A DNA stretch of 64,000 nucleotides from Pristiophorus japonicus (lineage: Eukaryota). The notes below the pieces were generated by a model. That model did no database searches and was not told where the DNA came from. It worked only from the letters and a program-made list of their open reading frames with translations. Location of the stretch: contig NC_091998.1 of NCBI RefSeq assembly GCF_044704955.1, positions 11,842,001 to 11,906,000 of the forward strand, read 5' to 3'. How positions within the stretch are numbered: position 1 is the first letter of the stretch; every line of letters starts with the position of its first letter. Made by a program: the position numbers and the translations under genes. Positions 1 to 11,429 of this stretch are shown here, one piece after another.

Positions 1-750
1 ATTAGGAAAAGGGGAGGTGCAAAGAGACCTGGGTGTCATGGTACATCAGTCATTGAAGGTTGGCATGCAGGTACAGCAGGCGGTTAAGAAAGCAAATGGC
101 ATGTTGGCCTTCATAGCGAGGGGATTTGAGTACAAGGGCAGGGAGGTGTTGCTACAATTGTACAGGGCCTTGGTGAGGCCACACCTGGAGTATTGTATAC
201 AGTTTTGGTCTCCTAACCTGAGGAAGGACATTCTTGCTATTGAGGGAGTGCAGCGAAGGTTCACCAGACTGATTCCCGGGATGGCGGGACTGACCTATCA
301 AGAAAGACTGGATCAACTGGGCTTGTATTCACTGGAGTTCAGAAGAATGAGAGGGGATCTCATAGAAACGTTTAAAATTCTGACGGGGTTAGACAGGTTA
401 GATGCAGGAAGAATGTTCCCAATGTTGGGGAAGTCCAGAACCAGGGGACACAGTCTAAGGATAAGGGGGAAGCCATTTAGGACCGAGATGAGGAGGAATT
501 TCTTCACCCAGAGAGTGGTGAACCTGTGGAATTCTCTACCACAGAAAGTTGTTGAGGCCAATTCACTAAATATATTCAAAAAGGAGTTAGATGAAGTCCT
601 TACTACTAGGGGAATCAAGGGGTATGGTGAGAAAGCAGGAATGGGGTACTGAAGTTGCATGTTCAGCCATGAACTCATTGAATGGCGGTGCAGGCTAGAA
701 GGGCCGAATGGCCTACTCCTGCACCTATTTTCTATGTTTCTATGTTTCTA
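1..750 (+). mobile_element. CR1 LINE 3' end (young subfamily): ORF2 C-terminus, 3' UTR and (TTCTATGT)n tail
   Basis: ORF 17..652 has the CR1 ORF2 C-terminal motifs ([34 protein letters not shown]). Nearly identical to 14710-15458. Octamer tail at about 730-750. Confidence 0.95.
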
Positions 751-1059
751 AGAACATTGGCATCACAGCCCAGCCCAATCCTGTTCTCGTATGACATCCG
801 TACATGCACACTTCCAGCGGGGGTCTCCGGATAGGGATTGAGGAGCAAGAGTAGCCTGTTCAATTGTCCCTCTTCTGCATCCAGGGTCAATGAGGCCCAT
901 TGCCCCATCTCCCGCCTATGGTCACCCTGGCTGAGAACGGTTGACCCAACATAGACCAAGGAACCTTTCTAGTCTGTAGGGCTGAATTACTCACTGGGTA
1001 AACCTACTTAGCCATCAGGGGTACATCCAGTGTCAGGTTTTTAACCCCATTCTCTGTGG

Positions 1060-1298
1060 NNNNNNNNNNNNNNNNNNNNNNNNNNNNNNNNNNNNNNNNN
1101 NNNNNNNNNNNNNNNNNNNNNNNNNNNNNNNNNNNNNNNNNNNNNNNNNNNNNNNNNNNNNNNNNNNNNNNNNNNNNNNNNNNNNNNNNNNNNNNNNNNN
1201 NNNNNNNNNNNNNNNNNNNNNNNNNNNNNNNNNNNNNNNNNNNNNNNNNNNNNNNNNNNNNNNNNNNNNNNNNNNNNNNNNNNNNNNNNNNNNNNNNN
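1060..1298. other. Assembly gap (239 N)
   Basis: Run of N. Confidence 1.
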
Positions 1299-2002
1299 TC
1301 TATCTCTAAATATATATATGACCTGAGTTTGGATAAGCTGAAGTTTGGATGCAACGATACAAAAAAGGGAATCAAATTTGATTTCATATACATAAATATA
1401 TATAGTTTTTTCCCTACGGATGCTTTCCACACACATGCCTCGATAAGTTTGTTGTTTAGGATCACATGCAGCAAAACACATTCTCGTCTAGATCAAGGCC
1501 AGTTGAAAATGAAACAAGCATTTTGAGAAGGGTTGAACTTTCCCCCCCTGTTTTGTTCTCCCCTAAACGTGCAGACTTGTGCCGGTGTAAAGTTCTGCAG
1601 GAACCGGCAGCATCTAGAACTTCACGCAAGTGACCGATCTTCGGGTTTGAACTCGGGCAGTGGGTAATGGAATGCTATTGGACTGTGGGGGTCTTCACAG
1701 CAGAGCCCGATCGAGCCCCAGGGCGACATTCGCCCACTTCTAGCGAAAATTACTGGATGGCAATCAGGACTCGGATACCTGGCTAGCCCAGGGAAGATTG
1801 TGATATCTTTGCTGCCAGCCCAATAAATCTAAACTGGGAGCTATCGGGTTTGTTTGGAAGAGTTATTAACCCAAGCATTGCTTCCAACATCTGGGCCATC
1901 GGAAAGGCTCGATAATGTAAATTAAAATTCCCGTACAGGCCTTTCATTCAGTGTCAGTCTCTCCAGTCCAGGTGACTTCTGTTTCATTACACCCACTATT
2001 AT

Positions 2003-2350
2003 AGGTACAGGAGGAGGCCGTTCAGCCCCTGCTGTGCCATTCAATTAGATCGTGGCTGATCTGTAGCTTAACGCCATCTACCCGCCTTGGTCCCGTAACC
2101 CTTAATACCCTTGCCTAACAAAAATCTATCAATCCCAGTTTTAACATGTTCAATTACCCCCCACCCGCCAGCCTGAACAGATTTCCATGACCCTTTGTGT
2201 GAAGAAGTGTTTCCTGACATCACCCCTGAACAGCCTAGCTTTTCATTTTAAGGTTATGCCCCCTTATTCTGGACTCTCCCACAAAAGCAAATATTTTCTC
2301 GCTATCTATCTACCCTATCAAACTCTTTAATCATTTTAAACACCTCGATC
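2003..2350 (-). mobile_element. Old CR1 3' fragment
   Basis: Reverse complement of a CR1 3' UTR (ggccgttcagcccc, tggctgatct) plus degenerate ORF2 end. Confidence 0.7.
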
Positions 2351-2654
2351 CAGGACCACTGAGCAGGAGTATGTGAAGGAATGTTTCAGGCGATTTATTT
2401 TTGGGGTGCGTGGCCCCTTTAAGAGACTGCGGGGCCCACTCAAACTACCGTGCATGCGCGGTTTATACCATCAGCAAGCCGGCTGCACGGGAGGTAGGGA
2501 GAGCTGCGCGGCCGTGCATTGACCCGGGATGCTGCAAATCAGAGGTATTTTGTTACCCCAACCCCCCCCCAACTACTCATTCCTGTATGGATATCATCCA
2601 ACAGGTTAGCCGAATAGAGGAACCTTTCAGAGATTTATTGTACTATAGCACCCA

Positions 2655-2832
2655 GCTGAGGGGATCTATCTTCAGGAGACAGATTAATAGATTTTTGGAT
2701 ACTAAGGGAGCCAAAGGATATAGAGATCGGGCGGGAAGGTGGAGTTGAGGTCGAAGATCAGCCATGATCTGATTGAATGGCGGAGCAGGCTCGAGGGGCC
2801 GAATGGCCTACTCCCGCTCCCATTTCTTATGC
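2655..2832 (+). mobile_element. CR1 3' end fragment
   Basis: atagatttttggatactaaggg...gatcagccatgatctgattgaatggcggagcaggctcg...ttcttatg tail. Confidence 0.8.
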
Positions 2833-3329
2833 CCATACAAAGGCCATTGATCTAGCACAGCATCGCATGCAGTTCCTGGAGGAAAACTCAAAAAGGCATG
2901 ACAGTAAAGCTTACCTCGAATTCTGAGCAAACCTAGGTGTAAAATGCCAAACAACATTTTAAATAGTAAAATTAGGATATTTCCCACCATCTTAAGCAAC
3001 CTGCTGTCCTGTGTCGGAGGCAGCCATTTTCTTAAGTAACACGAGTTACGTTTGAACTTGGAGCACTGCTCCCTCACACTCTCGAAGCTCGCTCATCCAC
3101 AACAATCCTGCGAAGCACGAGCGTGAAACAGAAGAGGTATGAACTACGACTGCACAAGGGTTTTCGTCCATCATCCCAGGATCATTGTAACAGGGGTTTG
3201 TGAATGAAATAAAATGTTGATTGGCTCCGATCTAAAAAGGCAGTAAATTCGACTCCTCCTGAAAGGCAGCAATGATACCCAGGCTACGGAGAACAGCCCA
3301 TTCAAATAATCAATCACACAGATAATAAT

Positions 3330-3781
3330 TGCACCAAGTCCCGCGCTCGCTGACCTACATCGGTTCCCGATTAAGCAATGCCTCGATTTTAAAATTCTCA
3401 TCCTCGTTTTCAAACCCCTCCATGGATACACCCCTCCCCATCTCTGTAATCTCCTCCAGCCCCACAACCCTCCGAGATGTCTGCGCTCCTGGCCTCTTGA
3501 GCATCCCTGATTATAATCGCTCCACTATTGGTGGCCGTGCCTTCAGCTGCCAAGGCCTCAAGCTCTGGAATTCTCTGCCTAACCCTTCTCCTTTAAGACG
3601 CTCCTTAAAACCTACCTCTGTGACCCAGCTTTTGGTCACTTGTCCCAATATCTCCTTATATGGCTCGGAGTCAAGTTTTGTTTTACAACCCTCCTGAAGT
3701 CGACCTGGATGGGTATCCTGCCATGGGACCTTGGGACGTTTTACTCAGTTAAAGGCACTATATAAATAAAAGTTGTTGTTG
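3330..3781 (+). mobile_element. L2-clade LINE 3' fragment
   Basis: Degenerate LHWLP..F KIL and GGRAFS..G.KLWNSLP motifs. Tail aaaggcactatataaataaaagttgttgtt. Confidence 0.8.
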
Positions 3782-4205
3782 CTTCCGTTGGCTGAATCAG
3801 GAAAATGTCTCCTGGACATTCTGCCACAGTGCTGCCTTACCAGTAAACCCAAGGGGAAACCCAAGGCTGGATGAGAGACTTGACACGAACAGTGACACGA
3901 CCCCCCTGACACTCCAGAGGAACACACATCCATGGCCCCCCACACACTACATTCAAAGCCTGCCTGCCGGCTCATCACCCAGCCCTTCCCCACTGCTGTG
4001 CTGCCCGCAGTTACTCTATACTTTTTGGTCCCGCTTTTGACTACTTCAGAATGTCTTTGCTTGTAAACTGCTTGGTGAATTACTTTAGTTTTAATTGTTC
4101 GGACACAAAGCCTAGAAATGAACAGCGGATAAATTTAGCAAACTTTAGCAGCGGAGAACTTAGAGCAAGTTTATTTCAATTCATGCACTGAACTGTTTTC
4201 CATAC

Positions 4206-4625
4206 CTTCATTGGTGCTGCGGAGGGCTTTACAGTTGAAGAGCTGTTGGATGAGTAACCTTGGGAAGGATTAGCTCCGTAACCTGGAGTCGAGCCGGATG
4301 GGTATCCTGCAGTGGGGCCTGATGGGTAACCTGCAGTCGGGCCTGATGGGTAACTCGGCGTGGGGCCTGATGGGTAACCCTGAGCAGGGGCTGACTGGTA
4401 TCCTGGAGTAGGGCCTGATGGGTAACCCTGAGGAGGGCCTGATGGGTAACCCTGAGGAGGGCCTGATGGGTAACCTGGAGCAGGGCCAGAGGGCGTGGGA
4501 TACCCTGGATTGTACGAGGGAGCACCGGGCTGACCTTGTGGGTACATTCCTTGAGGAAACGTCCCTGGGGCAATTTGGCATCCTCCAGAACCATATGCAC
4601 CCATTGCATGCGATATGTTTTGAGC
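4206..4625 (-). CDS. ANXA11: Annexin A11-like coding exon 3 (420 nt, phase 0-0), Gly/Tyr/Pro low-complexity tail AQNISHAMGAYG...GYPSGPPQ repeats...STVKPSAAPMK
   Basis: Acceptor ctgtttttgttgcag|GCT, donor AAG|gtatgg. The ends resemble the ANXA11 exon AANMSGTFGG...GTVTPAVPPTQ. Orthology versus a close paralogue is not proven. Confidence 0.88.
4255..4500 (-). repeat. Coding 24-bp tandem repeat (about 10 GYPSGPxx octapeptides)
   Basis: Plus-strand unit gggcctgatgggtaaccctgagga repeated with variants. Confidence 0.95.
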
Positions 4626-5361
4626 CTGCAACAAAAACAGGACAATACAGCAGGATTAAGATTTGAGGTTGGAAAACCACAATTAGATTCTTACTTCGTT
4701 TCAATTTTTCTCGTCAGCCTCTCATGGGGTCGCACACGGAGTTGGGGACGGAAGTCAAAAGTCAAGCACAGCAGTGTTGTCTTTCGGGGAATCAAGATTG
4801 GGGTGGCGGGGAGAGTGAATACTGGACTGAGGAGCACAGGGCAATTCAGTCCCCATTTTAAAGTCATACATTCTGCCCTTTTTTTTTAACATTACCATTA
4901 GAAATTCCTGTGTTCATATTTGTAATGGAAGCTGCCTTGGTAACCTTGCTGTGCTGTAATTGCACGCTCCCGCCAGTTGTGGCACTGTCATGGAGGCAGT
5001 TTCTGTTAGAAAATGTGGACTTGGGGATTAATAATGGAAAAAGTTAACAGGAAATGCTCACTGCTGAAAGATGGTTTAATAGGTTATTGATATATTACTT
5101 CTAGGTGACCAGAATTTTTTTTTTTTTTTAATATGCTTTATGAACATACTTATATGAGTTTAGATTGAGTATATCCTCCATATTTGAGTGCAATCTCATT
5201 GTAGATCTTTTCAAGATTTAAGGTTTAGTTACAGAAATAGAAGAAATATCGAGCTTCATAGCGCAGTTCTCTCTCAGATGACATCTTGCCAGCCGCTGTG
5301 GTCAGCCAAGGTCAAGTACAGGGAGACAATCATGTGAACGTTTTTACATGTGTATCATTAT

Positions 5362-5830
5362 CATGCTCAGTGGGCAGCACCCTCGCCTCTGGGTCAGAAG
5401 GTTGTGGGTTTGAGTCCCACTCCAGGGACTTGAGCACAAAAACCCAGGCTGACCCTCCCAGTGCAGTGCTGAGGGAGTGCTGCACTGTCGAAGATGCCGT
5501 CTTTCGGATGAGACGTTAAACCGAGGCCCCGTCTGCTCTCTCAGGCGGACGTAAAAGATCCCATGGCACTATTTTGAAGAAGAGCAGGGGAGTTATTCCC
5601 GGTGTCCTGGTCAATATTTATCCCTCAAGTAACATAACAAAAATACCCAGATTATCTGACCATTATCACATTGCTGTTTGTGGGAGCTTACTGTGCGCAG
5701 ATTGGCTGCTGCGTTTCCAACATTACAACAGTGACTACACTCCAAAAGTACTTCATTGGCTGTAAAGCGCTTTGAGACGGCCGGTGGTCGTGAAAGGTGC
5801 TATATAAATGCAAGTCTTTCTTTCATTCTT
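5362..5830 (+). mobile_element. tRNA-derived SINE (Deu-domain, SacSINE1-like) with L2-like tail
   Basis: A/B-box head gctcagtgggcagcac...gggtttgagtcccac, body repeated many times in the window, tail gtgaaaggtgctatataaatgcaagtctttc. Confidence 0.85.
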
Positions 5831-5897
5831 TCTATCTGATTAGCAAGGGACTATTAAAGTCCAACATTTGGGGGAGGGATTGCCCTTTGGAAGCCTG

Positions 5898-6240
5898 CTA
5901 AGGTGTTTAAAATCATGAAGGGTTTAAGAATAAATAGAGAGAAACTGTTTCCAATAGCTGAAGGGTCGATAACCAGAGGTCACAGTTTAAAGGTGAGAGG
6001 TGACATGAAGAAACAACCTTTTTACGCAATGAGTGTTTAGGATTTGGAACGCGCTGCCTGATCAGGCGGTGGATACAGATTCATTAGTCGCCTTCAAAAG
6101 GGAATTGGATAAATAGTTGAAGGAGAAAAAATTGTCGGGACATTGGAAAAGAGCGGGGGGAGTGGGACTAACTGGATTGCAGTTCGAAAGACTTGATGGG
6201 CTGAATGGCCTCTTTCTGTGCTGTACTATTCTATGATTCA
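5898..6240 (+). mobile_element. Old CR1 3' fragment
   Basis: Degenerate TRGH / FFTQ / WNAL motifs and ttctatgatt tail. Confidence 0.7.
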
Positions 6241-7702
6241 AAGTTCAGCTGTTGTATCAACCTCATTCAATAGACATGTACAGTAGAACTCAATCACTTT
6301 GGGGCCTTTGCTTATCCTAGGCGCTCGTCAGAGCTGAGGGTAAGAATACCTCTGGTTGCTCCATGCAGACAGTTCCTAAATGTGTCTGTGATGTGAAGAG
6401 GAGGCGGATCAGCTGTATTTCAGATCATGAATGTCTTATATTGTATATTTTAAATGCAATTCTAACTAGGGCAATGTCTTGGAATTCTTAAAAAGGCTTC
6501 CAACCAACAATCCTCTTGGGGATACTTTGGTTTCTGTAGCTTGGAGTGCAACATTGGGCCATCTGGTTTGATGCCCAGAAGCCCTTTGAATTCTGCTAAT
6601 CAAGTTAAGTATCTTTTTCAGTATAATGGATGTTTCATTTTGAGAATTCCTATCAAGCGTGTGAAAGAATGCAAGCTAGAAGATGTGAACGAATGATTTG
6701 TGAATGTTATCTCATTGAGGTTCTCCTGCGGGGATAGGCAGCTTTTTATTTCTGATGGCCCGCTCTGAGTCTTGGCAATAAATTTCGATTGACATTGTGC
6801 ATTAATTGCGAAGGATATCTTTTTATCTTCCTTTGTACCAGCTTAGAGGGCAAAAGGAGAGGCATATAACCAGGCTAGTGCTCCCTTTCATTTTTTGATG
6901 CACCACTATACGTGCTGGAGATGCAAAGAGGCTCTCCATGACATTCATTTCTCATACAAGGTCTTTAATTCTGGACCCATGATCCAAAGTTACTTTAAGA
7001 AACTGCTAAGACTTGGGAGCTTTTCCTGTTTTGGAACAGATGGTGCAAAGTTAAGCACGGCAAGATATCTAATCTATGGTTCCACTTTTGCTTCAGTATA
7101 CTTTTATCTCTGAATAAAACCGTTTGGTAGTTTAGCCCGAGAGACACGGTTTGTCAGTGTGATATTTTACGGCTGATACAAACAGATTTGAGTTGCATTG
7201 AATCATCTTGTACTATTTCCTATGCACACTCCAACGGTAAAAGTTTGCCCTGTGATGCCCCGATCCCAAATATTTGAGGCCATTTAAATAATGAATGGGC
7301 AGGTTTATAGAGCTGGATAGGCAGGGGCGAACTGGGGTGTGTGGGGGGGGGGGAAGAGTTATAAAAGCATAGAGTTAGTTTAGATTCCAGAAAGTACTTC
7401 TTTTCGCAGTGAGTCATCAACTTCTGTGATAGATTGCCATAAATCCAGTGCGTGTGGATTCACTACAGACCTTCGAGTTATAGAATGCAATTCAAACATT
7501 TTAAAACAGAAGAAATTATTATGGCTGCCTCCACTTAATCAGTGCTTTCCGTAAAGTTTGGTTTCCAGTGGCAAGCCCAAACATACTATGAATCAAAATG
7601 TAACATATGTAAATGTACAAAAGCATAGACCAACAAGGGGGGGTCGGGGTTAATCAAAATTAGTGATAACTGTCACTGCAGTCGCTTATGTCACGGTCTC
7701 CC

Positions 7703-8165
7703 AGTGTCAGCTGTGGCTCAGTGGGCAGCACACTCGCCTCCGAGTCAGAAGGTTGTGGGTTCAAGTCCCATTCCAGAGACTTGAGTACATAAATCCAAGC
7801 CGACACTCCAGTGCAGTGCTGAGGGAGTGCTGCACTGTCGGAGGTGCCATCTTTCAGATGAGACATTAAACAGAGGCCCCTCTACTCTCTCAGGTAGATG
7901 TAAAAGATCCCATGGCACTATTTCGAAGAAGAGCAGGGGAGTTCTGCCTGGTGTCCTGGCCAATATTTCTCCCTCAATCAACATAACAAAAACTAATTAT
8001 CTGGTCATTATCACATTGCTGTTGGTGGGAGCTTGCTGTGCGCAAATTGGTGTTTCCCACATTACAACAGTGACTACACTTCAAAAAGTATTTCATTGGC
8101 TGTAAAGTGCTTTGTGATGTCCGGTGGTCGTGAAAGGCGCTATAGAAATGCAAATCTTTATTTCT
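7703..8165 (+). mobile_element. tRNA-derived Deu-type SINE, full length
   Basis: Same head, body and tail as 5362-5830. Confidence 0.9.
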
Positions 8166-8176
8166 ATAGGCTGCAT

Positions 8177-9421
8177 CATAGAAACATAGAAACATAGAAA
8201 ATAGGTGCAGAAGTAGGCCATTCGGCCCTTCTAGCCTGCACCGCCATTCAATGAGTTCATGGCTGAACATACAACTTCAGTACCCCATTCCTGCTTTCTC
8301 ACCATACCCCTTGATCCCCCTAGTAGTAAGGACTTTATCTAACTCCTTTTTGAATATATTTAGTGAATTGGCCTCAACAACTTTCTGTGGTAGAGAATTC
8401 CACAGGTTCACCACTCTCTGGGTGAAGAAATTCCTCCTCATCTCGGTCCTAAATGGCTTCCCCCTTATCCTTAGACTGTGACCCCTGGTTCTGGACTTCC
8501 CCAACATTGGGAACATTCTTCCTGCATCTAACCTGTCTAAACCCGTCAGAATTTTAAACATTTCTATGAGGTCCCCTCTCATTCTTCTGAACTCCAGTGA
8601 ATACAAGCCCAGTTGATCCAGTCTTTCTTGATAGGTCAGTCCCGCCATCCCGGGAATCAGTCTGGTGAACCTTCGCTGCACTCCCTCAATAGCAAGAATG
8701 TCCTTCCTCAGGTTAGGAGACCAAAACTGTACACAATACTCCAGGTGTGGCCTCACCAAGGCCCTGTACAACTGTAGCAACACCTCCCTGCCCCTGTACT
8801 CAAATCCCCTCGCTATGAAGGCCAACATGCCATTTGCTTTCTTAACCGCCTGCTGTACCTGCATGCCAACCTTCAATGACTGATGTACCATGACACCCAG
8901 GTCTCTTTGCACCTCCCCTTTTCCTAATCTGTCACCATTCAGATAATAGTCTGTCTCTCTGTTTTTACCACCAAAGTGGATAACCTCACATTTATCCACA
9001 TTATACTTCATCTGCCATGCATTTGCCCACTCACCTAACCAAGTCGCTCTGCAGCCCCATAGCATCCTCCTCGCAGCTCACACTGCCACCCAACTTAGTG
9101 TCATACGCAAATTTGGAGATACTACATTTAATCCCCTCGTCTAAATCATTAATGTACAGTGTAAACAGCTGGGGCCCCAGCACAGAACCTTGCGGTACCC
9201 CACTAGTCACTGCCTGCCATTCTGAAAAGTCCCATTTACTCCTACTCTTTGCTTCCTGTCTGACAACCAGTTCTCAATCCATGTCAGCACACTACCCCCA
9301 ATCCCACGTGCTTTAACTTTGCACATTAATCTCTTGTGTGGGACCTTGTCGAAAGCCTTCTGAAAGTCCAAATATACCACATCAACTGGTTCTCCCGTGT
9401 CCACTCTACTGGAAACATCAT
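8177..9421 (-). mobile_element. 5'-truncated young CR1 LINE (RT C-terminal half to tail)
   Basis: ORFs 9207..9440 and 8277..9065 give VYLDFQKAFDKVPH and the ORF2 C-terminus. Tail at 8177-8200. catcat is present at both ends (possible TSD). Confidence 0.95.
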
Positions 9422-10034
9422 GTCTGGGTGAGTCAGGCATGATGGACCAGTTTACTTTCTGTACATACTTTTTGATTCATAGTACGATTGGACTTGTCCA
9501 TGGAAGCTAACCGTTACAGACAGCACGAATAAAGAGTATTGGGAGGCAGCCACATTCATTTTCTGCGTTTTAGAATGTTTCACTAGCACTAGAATTAATG
9601 AACAGAGGAAGGCTTCACAAACAAGTTTACAATGTCAGTATAGCTAGTGATCGAAATAATTCTAACCCACTGGTTCTTTTTGCGTTTCAAGGTCTTTGGG
9701 TTCGAACTGTTTGGAATGACTCGGACACTAAAAAATCATATAGAAGTGCCTTACACAGCTCGGATTTATTTTGAGCCTAGTTACAGTGGGATTTTTCCAT
9801 GTTACTGATTGAAATGGATTCTGTCGCATTACGCCTATGCTTGTTATGTATGGAATGCGCTTCCAACGTTCATTTTCAAACTTGCTTATTTTCTTGGAAA
9901 GCGAAAAGGTGCTCCTGATTGACAATAATTTGAAGCTATCGCCACAATTCAGGGGAGGCAGTGAGTGAAGCAAATCAGATGTGGGGATATAGTGAAAAAT
10001 GTGAAATAGCAAGGTCATCCCACCCCCATTATAA

Positions 10035-11012
10035 ATCGTTGGTGCAACCGCGCTTAGAATCCTGCCTACAGTTCTGGTGGTCACGATGTGAAAAGGATAT
10101 TGCAGCTATTGAAAGGCCATAGAAGAAAGCAAACATAATGATTGAGGGGATGGATTACGTGAAGTGATTATGCAAATTGGGCAGGCTCTCACTCGAAAGG
10201 AAAAGGTTGAGGGGTGATATGATTGCTGCTTTTAGTATTCGAAAAAAGGGACTAGATAATCTCGACCATGACAAGATAATGCACCTTGCCCACAATAGTG
10301 CACCCAGAGGTTGAACGGGGGGTAACTAATCCGTGGAAACATTATTTCAGAGAGCCAGTGGTGAATCTGTCTCCCTAAGGAGACAGGAGAAAGTAGCATA
10401 GCAAAGCAAATGGTATGTTAGCTTTTGTTACAAAAGGATTAGAATATAAGAGTAAAGAAGTCTTACTACAATTATACAGGGCATTGATGAGGCCACACCT
10501 GGAGCACTGTGTACAGTTCTGGTCCCTTTACCCAGGGAAAGACATACTTGCCTTAGAGGGAGTGCAACAAAGGTTCACTAGACTGGTTCCTGGGATGGGG
10601 GGATTGTCCTATGAGGAGAGATTGAGTGGAGTAGGCCTACATTCCCTAGGAGTTTAGAAGAATGAGAGGTGATCTCATTGAAACTTCAAATTCTTAAGGG
10701 GCTTGACAGGGTTAATGTTGAGAAAATGTTTCCCCCTGGCTAGGGAGTCTACAACACAAGGTCACAGTCTCAGGATAAGGGGTCGGCCATTTAGGATTGA
10801 GATGAGGAGAAATTTCTTCACTCCAAGGGTTGAGAGTCTTTGGAATTTCCTACCCCAGAGGGCTGTGGCGGCTCAGTCGTTGCGTATATTCAAGACAGAG
10901 GTCGATACATTTTTGGGAACGAAGGGAATTAAGGGATATGGGGATAGTGCGGGAAGGTGGAGTTGAGGTGGAAGATCAGCCATGATCTTATTGAATAGCG
11001 GAGCAGGCTCAT
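10035..11012 (+). mobile_element. Older CR1 ORF2 3' fragments (two tandem pieces)
   Basis: ORFs 10415..10657 and 10703..10966 are CR1-like. A more decayed piece lies at 10035-10375. Confidence 0.8.
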
Positions 11013-11116
11013 TAATCCAGGCCTTTGGATTATTAGTCCAGTAACAACCACTAAGCTACTGTAATTCACTGCATATAGAAATTGAAAAGTATTCCCAAAC
11101 TATTGAAGCAAAGAAA

Positions 11117-11267
11117 GGCAGTTGGTGAGAGGGGAGCGACCTGTCAAAAGCCCAGCGGGAGATCGAGAGCCAGCGGCAGTTGGTGAGAGGGGAGCGACCT
11201 GTCAAAAGCCCAGCGGGAGATCGAGAGCCAGCGGCAGTTGGTGAGAGGGGAGCGACCTATCAAAAGC
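11117..11267 (+). repeat. 58-bp tandem monomers (about 2.6 copies) at the CR1 5' end
   Basis: Unit ggcagttggtgagaggggagcgacctgtcaaaagcccagcgggagatcgagagccagc starts at 11117, 11175 and 11233. Confidence 0.95.
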
Positions 11268-11325
11268 ATACCGGTGCAGCTACAGCGGGAGAGAAAGCAA
11301 AATAGAAGTAGAAAGTAATCAAAAA

Positions 11326-11368
11326 GTGACGTCACAGCCAATGTGGTAAGTGATTGGCTGGTGATTGG
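11326..11368 (+). promoter_or_regulatory. Candidate CR1 internal promoter motifs: perfect CRE palindrome and three CCAAT boxes
   Basis: GTGACGTCAC at 11326-11335, gccaat at 11337, gattggc twice at about 11352 and 11363. Confidence 0.5.
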
Positions 11369-11429
11369 CGAGTAGCTTTTCTTTTCTTTTTATTGTTATT
11401 ACCAATTTAAGGGTATCTAAGATTAAGAC

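Noticed and set aside
1004-1526. ORFs spanning the N run
   Set aside because: Artefacts of the assembly gap.
1930-2000. ATGAAAGGCCTG (MKGL) on the minus strand as an annexin core exon
   Set aside because: In-frame stop immediately upstream, no LRKA context and no proper donor. The core exons are not in the window.
7703-7790. tRNA-like sequence
   Set aside because: SINE head: no complete cloverleaf, and it continues into the SINE body.
11117-11267. CRISPR-like array (also 44834-45178 and 55580-55718)
   Set aside because: Head-to-tail tandem repeats without unique spacers, eukaryotic context, no cas genes.
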